Shown piece by piece: positions 53,945 to 64,000 of a stretch of DNA of 64,000 nt; position 1 is the stretch's first letter; every line of letters begins with the position of its first letter. The notes beneath the pieces are model-generated. The model was not told where the DNA came from and did no database searches. It was given only the letters and a program-made list of their open reading frames with translations. The translations under genes were made by a program, and so were the position numbers. This stretch comes from Epiperipatus broadwayi (taxonomy: Eukaryota > Animalia > Onychophora), in NCBI GenBank assembly GCA_028023455.1, contig JAQFVV010000005.1, positions 9,610,001 through 9,674,000 of the forward strand. Reading direction: 5' to 3'.

Positions 53945-55407
53945 TTTAAATATTTGATTAATAACACTGAATTATTAATTTTTTTTACATGTTAGTACAT
54001 ATTTTGTAATATCCTTTTAGTCTAGCTTTTTTTATTTGCCTCAATTCATTATTTTTTTGTCATTACATCTAACAAGTCAGTGTTTAAAACTTTTTTTGAT
54101 TTAAGTTTATGAAAATTTTATTTCAATATGATTTCTTTTTTCCTTTTGTATTGATAGCTTTGTAAAAAATATCTATCTACACAAAACATTGCTTTTTGTG
54201 GCTATCATTTATATTTAATAATATGAATTCTTCCAATAGAAACTAATTCTGATAAAAATGAAAATCCAAGAAATTAATGTAAAATTAATTTAATATCAAT
54301 ATCTTTGTTTAATTAAAAAGAAAAGAAAGTAAAGCATTAGAATTAATACAATTTGCTTATAAAAATGTTTTTCAGATCATTTACAAATCTATTACAATTT
54401 CAGGAAAATGAAATTATAATTATAAAGTCTGTTTATAATTAGATTTAGAATTACTTATAAATTCTGTAACACAATATAAAATGCCATCATATGTGCAAAT
54501 TGTTTTTGAAAATCTTTAAACATTAAGGTTTACTTTTATACTTTCATCAATGTCCAACATTATTAGCACAATTTATTATTTTATTACAGATTTAAAAACT
54601 ATTAAAAACATATACATTAATATCTTCAAAATAATTTTTTTTTACACAATTCCATTAAATCTTATGTCTCTAAATTGAAATTCAAAGTATAAATTATAAC
54701 AACATAAAACTTGATTTTACAACTCCCACATAGAATAAGATAATATAGTGATTGTTCTTGAGATTTAGTTTGTCTTTTTATCACAGTGTATAATACCTTA
54801 GTGAATTAGCTTCAAACTTATCTCCTAGGAAGAAAGTCACTATTACCAAAAATTTTATATTTTAATGTAATGATTAGTGACAGTAATTATTTTGATTAGT
54901 CAAAATAGCCTGTTGTAAGACATAATCCACATTTATTAAATTTTTTTAGAGAATGATAACACTCAGGATTCTGTAAAGAGGTAATTATTAGGCAATAAAT
55001 AATTACTTGAGATGATAAGATGGTGGAAATGCTTTTGTTGTCAACTATATATTTTGTCACATATCAAGAATTGAATTGATCAATAACTCACACTATATCA
55101 GCTCCCAAGAATGCAAACACAATAGTCATTTGTAATTTGTTTCTTGCTTTTTTTTGGGAACAACAAGTTTTATATCTGCTATCTGCTGCTAACCTAAACA
55201 TAACAAAAGAAAAACAAGAAATATATTAACTTTTAGTGGTGATTTTTTACTTAGTTAGAATTAATATAACAATCAGATAATTAAAAAAATGTATTGATTA
55301 TCTATGCTTTAAAACAACACAGTAAACAAATAATTATTAAAATGTTAATTTGTAGGTGTGTTAATAAAAGGTTATTAAGCTTAATATATATATACTTTTT
55401 ACCTGAA

Positions 55408-55520
55408 AGAGCTTTGTGGCACAGTAAGTGCTCTTATGTGACATACATATGATTTTTGGTTCAAATCTGAAAAAAAACCTGGACATATCTTCAGAATCTA
55501 GTTAAGATTCTTTCCAATCT
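55408..55520 (+). mobile_element. tRNA-derived SINE head (degenerate)
   Basis: A-box-like TGGCACAGTAA at 55417 and B-box-like GGTTCAAATCT at 55458; no cloverleaf. Confidence 0.45.
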
Positions 55521-58500
55521 AACTATACCTAACCAGAGAATAAACAAGTATGGAAAAACTATTAATTAATTCTTTATCCAGAATGGGTAAGTCCAGAAAT
55601 GGCTTCTCTTTCATTATTTATCATTTAAGATTGAAGAAGAGACCATTGCTCTATAGTCAATTTGAAGATTATTTTACCTACATTTATATAAATACAGCAT
55701 TATTTCCCAACATTATATTTAATTTCCGGTCTTGACAAATAAACCAAATGTTAACAATAAATATTTTAGCACCACTTTATTTATTAGAATCCTTGCAAGC
55801 TATCCTAGATGTATAAATCTAGGATATTTTTCAAATAATGGTAAAATCCATTACAATCCAGATGTAAACATAACATTTATATATAGCTTATTTCACTTGC
55901 ATGCATTAAAAATGAGTAAGAAATTGACTATTATGAAAGTTAGAATTAGACCATATATAAATGAGACTGTGCTTATATTTGGAGTATAATAGGTTTTATT
56001 TTTTTTAAAAAAAAAAAACTTTTTATCCTTATATATATTCTAACCAAAAAGAAATTTTGATTAAATGAATAATATAAGAAACAAAATATAATGAGATATA
56101 AAATAGTAAATGAGACTCTTATAGACTGAAAACAGTGGGCTAAGTTCAGTGGTTGGTTAGTTATCTAATATTTAGCTACAGAGATACGCATTTAAGATGA
56201 AAGAAGAAATTTTTAAAATAATAATAAAGTATATTACTATAAAATGAATAAATAAATTTGGACGAGTGAAACTTCATCCCTCCCCCCCCAAACATATATT
56301 AAAAATTTATATATCTCTCCTTCCATAAAACATTCTTTGAGCTATAAATATTTGCACTTAAAGTAACACCGGATAGATTCTTATATCTTATATAAATCTT
56401 ATATACCTCATAATTATTTATTAATGATCTGATATACTCTACTCTTATAGAGTAAAATGGAAAGCAATTTTCTAATAGTACATTTAATAATAATAAGGGA
56501 ATTCTTATGCTATCATCAAAGTTATAATATGAACAATAAGTTGATAATTATTAAAATAATATATAATGATCTCAGGGTTCTTTTGCTGATTTAAGAATTA
56601 TACTATTTCTATTATGTTGCTAAACAAGTGACTGACATACTGATAAGACTATAGGAGACATACACTTCTCTTATAAGCTAATGTTTCCTATTCTAGTATA
56701 ACAAAATGATAATTACATAAAGAAGTGTTTAATCTGAATAATATTAACATATAACAATTATATAAAATTTTGAATAATTATAGCCTTTTACTCAGGATGT
56801 CACTCAAGATAATAGAAAGAAATGGGTATCTTTTATATCATTCTACTACCCTTAACAACACAATAAAGAATTACATTTGAATCTTATACTTTTAATAATC
56901 AAGTAAATAAATAATGTGCAGTCTTTAGGGTGGATTCAAGAATCTATTGCAAGATTAAATGAATATTTATTCTTTAAATTGTAGTTCCAACACTAGGATT
57001 GAAAATCTTATGGAATGTTTTTTTATAAAACACTGAGACTTTTGAATTTTGCATTAACTTTCCACACAAAAACTAGAATTAAATAATTAACAAATACATT
57101 TATTGACAGTAAATATAACACACAAAATATGTACAAAATAGTTTAAAAGTTACAGGCCAGCACAAGCGCTATTTCTGTTTAATAGGATATCATCGTTACA
57201 AATCTGAGGTTGCCTTCCTGACAAATTATCCAAATAATTTATTTATTTTTTACATTCTAATAATTTGATCATACAAAAAATAAAGATAAATGGAATAACT
57301 ATAATATTTAGCTGATTTCTCTTTACTTTATTCTAGTTTCAATATTACATTAAACAAATGTTTAATGAAAGAAATAATCATAATTGAAGTAATAGCTTTA
57401 ACAATAAGCTAACTAATATTTCTTTTAACAAAATATTCCCTGTTCAGGCAACTCCACAAAATATCTCAATTGCTATATGAAATATCACAGATTTAAAATA
57501 ATTTTATCTAAATTGCAATAGGTATGGGCTTGAACTATAATAATAATATAATGAGAATCATTATTATCGCAATAAATAAATTAATAACTGTCCTAGACTA
57601 TTTTAATAAATTAGAAAAGGGTATGAAGCATTCACCAGAAGTCATATATGCACGTATAAACTATTAATTCAATGTCCACATGAAAATAATGAAATATTAA
57701 ATCTAAATGACTTACTAGTCCAGGGATGAATATCTTTCAGATATTAATAAACAATTTAACATTGTATATGTGTATTCCTATAATGCTATGCTTTTAAATA
57801 AGCAATTAAAATTAATAACACTCTCTTGATTTACTTGTGGACTACTGGCGAAACACAGTAGCACAACGCAGACATTGCCATACATAAGCAAAAGCATTGC
57901 AAACAATTAAGTGCACCCTGAGGGATTAATTACCTCAAAACTAACTTATCATTGCCATCTCATTCTAAAAACACAATTAACAACACCTTCTATGATGGAA
58001 AATATTCACTAACATCATGAGGAATAAAGTAACACAGTGGATCCTCAGAGCAAAACAAACTGAATAAAGAAATGGTATACATGAGGTAGAAAAGTATGTA
58101 TGGACACAGTCTCACCATATAAGGAAACCGAAAAATTAACCATAAATGATCATCTCTTGAGATCTAACTACACAGTAAATATAACCTCAAAATATCAACT
58201 ATCCTCTCATGGAAGAATATAGCAAGAATGGCGGGAGAGCACTCTATCCCACAACATACAATATAAAACTGATATTTGGCCAAGTATATATATATAGCTC
58301 AAGAGGATAATTCAATACTAAACAATGGTAAGATAAACAGAGCTATCAATTACAACTAGACATTTCAATTTTACGCTACAATTGCATATGCTAAGCAATA
58401 TCTGAAACCAAGAAGTAAAATGATAGCCAGACGGCATGATAACTATAGAAAATATGAACTTCTGATAAACCCTGTGGGCTGTTTTACCCATAACTTGCAT

Positions 58501-59860
58501 TAAAACACTCATAAATATTATGAAATTCCTTATGAGATAGATATTTCAAATTGCATAAAATATAAATTTAAATTTTACCTCAATCATTTCATGTAAGACA
58601 TGGATTTCTACATGGACATGGTAGGAATACCTACACATTCTATTATATCTCTTGAGAAACAAAATATTGTAAAATAAATACCTTTACACATAAATAACAT
58701 ATTTGAAATTTAAAATAATATTTAAAAAAATGTTACTATTTTTTTTAAAAAAAAAAACGCCTTAGTTCATGGGAAGAAGTGCCATGAGCAACCTGTTAAG
58801 AGCATTTGTCCATAGAGAGAGAAACATCCATCGTACAAAAATTTTTATTTCATGGAAACTTAGGCACATATAACTTTTAAACTAAATCAAAGTTGACAAG
58901 TCTTATTTTTAAATAAAAGCAAAAGATAGGATCCATTTACGAAGACAAACACATAATGATAAGCTAACTTTAATGGAATTTTAATTAGTAGCACATAATG
59001 GTGATATATGATCCGTGACACTTTATATGGGATCTGTGGTTCCTTTGGAAATGTACGAGGCTTTCTGATTCTTTCATGTTCTTTACAGAATGCATATATT
59101 AAAGGCAATTATTTTTTAAATAAAAAAATGAAAAATATTAATTTAGCAATTTTCATAAAAATCACATTTTTGACAACAGTTCACAATTCTATACAAGAAA
59201 TAATCAAATGACCATTGTTTTAAATCTGCAAACTTTTTTTTTATAAAACATTTCATTTTTGAAGCTTCTTTGGTTTAAAACTTTTCTTTACAATATTTTC
59301 TAGTTTCTCAACAAATGCAGATAAACGAAACACAATAAAGATTTTCCTGTGTTAAACATAATTTCTTGCAGAAATTTAATACTGATAAAATTTGGTTAAA
59401 TATTTATAGCAATTCAGGTAGTTAACATTCAAAAATTAACACTTAGCACAATATCACTAAAAATAACTCATTATCATTAGCATCAATATTTTTTTTAAAT
59501 TCTTTTCTTATCTCTTCAATTAAACTAGAGTTTTTAAATTTCCTCCTCCAAAATGTATAATACAATAATGTGAAACAATAATGTAAAATGTTTTGTATGG
59601 CTTTATAAAATAATATAAGTTATCATCCGGTTTCCTTTAGAATTTAATTTAAAATATAATTGTTGAAATTTAGTCATTATAACTACTATTTTTCCGGAGC
59701 AACATATTATTAGCAAGAAAGTTCATAATTAAAGTTAAGCAATAAAAGAAGATACCTTTTTAAGTTTAGCAATGCATGGTTAATACATAAATTATAAAAT
59801 ATACTAATTTAAACTTAATTTTTAAAAAAAAACAAGTAAAGAAAATTACAATTGTTTAAG

Positions 59861-59915
59861 ATGCGGTGGTCAGTCAGAGATGATGATCAGGAAAGCTGTC
59901 AGGAAGCAAGTGAAC
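59861..59915 (+). other. Candidate small exon, unidentified gene
   Basis: tttaag acceptor and gtaagt donor; GC-rich; two open frames (MRWSVRDDDQESCQEASE / CGGQSEMMIRKAVRKQVN). Confidence 0.3.
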
Positions 59916-62579
59916 GTAAGTCAACCTTTGACAAAAGCAATTCTGGTTTTATACTCAGGTTGACAAATGTCAACAATTAGTATCATCCCATAACACTAAT
60001 GACATCTTTATTAAAATATTTTAAATAAAACATGGAACTAATTAGTAATTACATAATTTTTAAACTCACATGATCTTTAATGACCAAAGTTGAATAAAAG
60101 TTCAACTTTCATTTTATTAATTAAAGATTTAGCAGGTTAAATAAAATATAATAATTATTTATTATTATTTTTAACAAAACATAATATTTTTCTTTTAACT
60201 TTATCAGAAATTCAAAGTTAACTTTTTATATAAGCCTTAATTGACTATTTTAATAAAATATTAATTTTCAAATATTTAATAATCAAATTTAAATATCTTG
60301 GCAATTAAACCAAGATAATAACACATACATGCGATCATACATTCTTAATGTACACATAAATGTGGACCAGAAATTGTATTTATCTAAAGTAAACTTATTT
60401 TAAAATTAATTAATTTAGCTTTCTAACATCTATTTAAATATTAAATCACATTAACAAACTTTACTAAACTTTACCTGGAAATAATTTCTATTCTTTAAGT
60501 TTGCTAAATAAAGATTTTAATTGACTTATTACCCATTATTAGATTATTAAATAACTGATTTTAATGCTCAAAATTACACTAGTAGTTCTATTTATCTTCC
60601 TTCTTTTAAAATCTACACAATTAAATAACTTTAAACACCTTAAACTTACATTAACTTAAATATTAGAGAGATATTTTTATACTAGTTATACAAATTATAC
60701 AATATTATTTATTTTAAATTCATAGTAAATTAAACATATAAAATATTACTATGTAGAATTATACATCTTTTACAAGATAATATTCTTATCTTCTCTCATT
60801 CTTTATGATTTTTATTTTTTTATTTTTAAAATAGCACAGATTCAACAGTATAAGTATACTTACTTAGGACAATGTGCAATAGCAAAGGTTCACAATATAT
60901 ATCTATAACAGCTATTGTAAATGATCATTTTGGATTGACTGAATAATCTAGTAAGAGGGTAATGAAAATTTTGGCTCATCAGTCAAGATTTGAAATATAT
61001 ATATATATTGTACCTGAAAAATCTGATCACGTCACAACAGACAAAATTAATGGTATAGCATGAAATTGTTATGATCTAATCCGGTCACGGCCAGGGTACA
61101 TCACAAAGACCCATTGTAGCAGTATGGGAAAGTACATTAGATAACCTAAGACAAATTATAACTGTAATTTTTATTATCATTTAAAACCTTAATCTGTGAT
61201 TTTCATTTGCATGAGACCTTATGGCTGTCTATGGAGAAGATATAATTTGTGAAAGTGTTAAAGATTACTCTTTCAGAATGACATGTATGATTCCCCAGGT
61301 CTATATTAGCTATCACATGGTAAATACAAGTTATTAACAATAGAGCAATAATTGTAAGTATCACTATAACATGGTTGATTATAGCTCAGATATACTCAGG
61401 ATTTTGGTATAAATGCTATACGAGGTATGTACTTTGCAATAATAGGTAAGCATATAAAAATTTGTGTTCCTTCCACATTAATTTAAATTTATAATTAAAT
61501 AAATAGCAATGAGATTCTTATTATGTTTGATGAATTGCAAATCATAGTATTGAGAGAATAAATTCTATCATAACATTATCTAGTAAATTTATCTATGAAT
61601 TTTGAGCCTAATATTATAAACATTTATAGAAACAATAAATTTTGTATTATATTCCAGAATTAACAAAGCAAAACTAAAGTGATGGAAGAGGTAAATGGGA
61701 TTTTATTGTACCCCATACATCATGAGCTACCTGAGAACAAAAGCATTCTTTCTGGTTTTTTGTGAATGACAAATAGCAACGGCATAGTAAGTTAAATTAT
61801 GAGTTAACATTTATTTACAATTTTATCATTAACAAGTAGTTGATTATATAATGTTTCAATATAATTAAACAAATAAAATAAACAAAATAAATAAAATACC
61901 ATTCCATCTATTTGCTTCAATACATGGATAGTATACATGGGTTTTATAATAAACACAGTTACAAGATTTTATTATAAATGGACTTAATTTCAGCCCTGAA
62001 GGAAGAGAATGGAGTTCATCATCTAGTCATTAAATATCCAATGTGTCAGTTCCAGAACCAATGAACCTATACTATAAACTTATAATAATAATTAATAAGT
62101 AATGACATATTGCTAGAGTTGGCCATAATGAAATACTGAACCAAAGTGGAGATTCAAACCTCAATTCAGCTAAAATATTATGTAAACAAACATATAATAC
62201 ACAATGGAGACAATTTACATAAAATGCCCTGCTATATCTTATGATTGAACTTACAGGTTATACCTATAGATGAAGGAAGATAATTTTAACATCATAGTAC
62301 ATAAAGTCTTTGCCCAAACCTACATTTATGAAAGAAAATCGTATTCCTGTGGATGCATTCATCTACACATAGGAATAACACAGCACTAAATGCCCTGTGG
62401 ATTTCTAGACTACCATCAAGCAACAGGTATAATTACACACAGTTCCGCAGATTAACCACTAGCACAGGAATGAGTGCAAAATTCAGAAAATGCCAAATAA
62501 TTATTCTGCGGATTAACTACCAGCACAGACTAATGCCATTTAACATTAAACAATAGTATTAATATTTACTTAAAATCAA

Positions 62580-62960
62580 AATATATAGGGTATATGAGCA
62601 CAGACTTTCAGATGACTCATCACTCTCCACTCTATCTAATAACACTGATACACTCAAGCACATATATGCTGAAAAGATAAATAATCACCAGTACACGTAT
62701 TTCATGCTAAACCAGCAATCATCAGTTGGTCCAGATTATCATCTCCCACACATATATACTATAAGTGCTCAGATATATATTAAGATAGACAATCCTCATA
62801 CTTTAATGGACAGGCTCCAATCTTCTACACACTCCAACTCGAAATACGTATATTGGTGATTATCTTTTCAGCATATATGTGCTTGAGTGTATCAGTGTTA
62901 TTAGATAGAGTGGAGAGTGATGGGTCATCTGAAAGTCTGTGCTCATATACTCTATATATT
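62580..62960. mobile_element. Family B repeat, second inverted pair, with HHR (62687-62730 minus; 3' half at 62840-62857 plus)
   Basis: Minus: ACCAA-CUGAUGA-UUGCU-gguuu-AGCAU-GAAA-UACGUG-UA^CUGGU. Plus copy starts at CGAAA-UACGUA-UA^UUGGU. Confidence 0.8.
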
Positions 62961-64000
62961 ACATATATAGACATAGGTATAGAATAAGCCTGTGTTTCAG
63001 TTATTAAAATCAAAATGTAAAACCATCCTCCTCAATAATTCTGCTAACTTAGAAAACATCAGCAGTCTAGCAGACATGAGCTCAGACATAATGAAGAAGT
63101 GTTTTATAATAAAGAATGACTGAGATAATGACCGACTCCACCTAAAATATGAGCATAATAATAATATAATAAATATGACATAAGTATAGGCACAGAGTTC
63201 TGGGAAGACTCATAGGAATGATTCATGTAGTGTTGCTACACATTATAAATTCACCAATAATTCCTAAACTTTTCGCAAGCGCTGTTCCTTCAATTAATTA
63301 TTCTCTTTGATCCCTTGAATTTAAATTAATATATTATCATTAAGCATAGTAAAATACATATCATGAACTTTATATATATAAGTTCACAGGAAAATAAAAT
63401 CAAAATACATTCTTATTCAAATAAACATTAAATTAAAGTACATAACATTTTAGGTATAGTGACTATTCACAATAAAATAAATATAGCACATCTTTTAACC
63501 CTTAATGTACAGCACATAAAAACCAAATAGTTTCAATTATAACACAGAACTTCAGAGATTTCATTATATTCCTTTTTTTCCACTCATAATGAATACTCGC
63601 GAATGAATAGACGCCTGCATAGGCTTTATGAATACTGTATATGAGGTAATTTTTTTTAAAAAAGACATGTAGAGTTTCAATTAGAAAATTCCTCATAAGT
63701 TATTGAACTCCACATGCTATATCAGACGTGGCTCTGATATTAAAATATTTGAATTATCTTAAGTCTATTCAGCATCAAAAACTAGGAATAATTATCTGAG
63801 TAATGACAATCCAACATTGGCTATGGAAGTCAGAAAATAGTTTTCTTTTAGCTAGCTGTTATTATTACTTTAATAATATAGATTGAATAGTAGGAATGTT
63901 ATTTATAACATAAGTTCAAGATGAAATAATCAATTCCTTATTGTTCAGCCAATGGCACACAAAGACGTTAGAATAGCGTTTCACTCTGCATATGTATAAT

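Noticed and set aside
54009-54017. ATATCCTTT AT-AC donor consensus
   Set aside because: No upstream exon on the plus strand; expected by chance at this composition.
60976-60982. Isolated CTGATGA (minus); similar hits at about 8660, 12347 and 45216 and inside the LINE
   Set aside because: No stem II followed by GAAA.
63262-63294. UUGAAGGA…GCGCUUGC-GAAA-AGUUU (minus)
   Set aside because: Stem II and stem I pairing are too weak to call an HHR.
3181-63696. Numerous 60-130-aa ORFs rich in I/L/F/K/N/Y (e.g. 9379, 20625, 22690, 23323, 55732, 63502)
   Set aside because: Composition mirrors the AT-rich background, there are no domains, and those inside the duplicated elements are not conserved between copies.

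Overview
Very AT-rich (about 25% GC by eye) metazoan nuclear DNA, probably arthropod (inferred from CDYK-type C2H2 arrays and the TE mix). No intact protein-coding gene can be confidently named. Recognisable content: a Penelope-like (PLE) GIY-YIG 3' end; several decayed RTE LINE fragments; a deleted Merlin-like DNA transposon; hAT MITEs; a full-length but decayed 6.1-kb Tx1/L1-clade LINE with a 12-bp TSD; a Ty3/gypsy gag-protease relic; a frameshifted C2H2 zinc-finger array; two related 5.2/5.6-kb non-coding elements in (TA)n; and several tandem duplications. The main unexplained signal is a dense set of minimal type I hammerhead ribozyme (HHR) motifs in about five unrelated short repeat families. 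Most sit as inverted (fold-back) pairs, two families also carry tRNA-like Pol III A/B boxes (retrozyme/Sm-alpha-like), and one family is the insertion target of the Tx1-like LINE. Almost all HHR copies carry core or stem lesions, many explained by CpG decay. All calls were made by eye, without alignment or folding tools.
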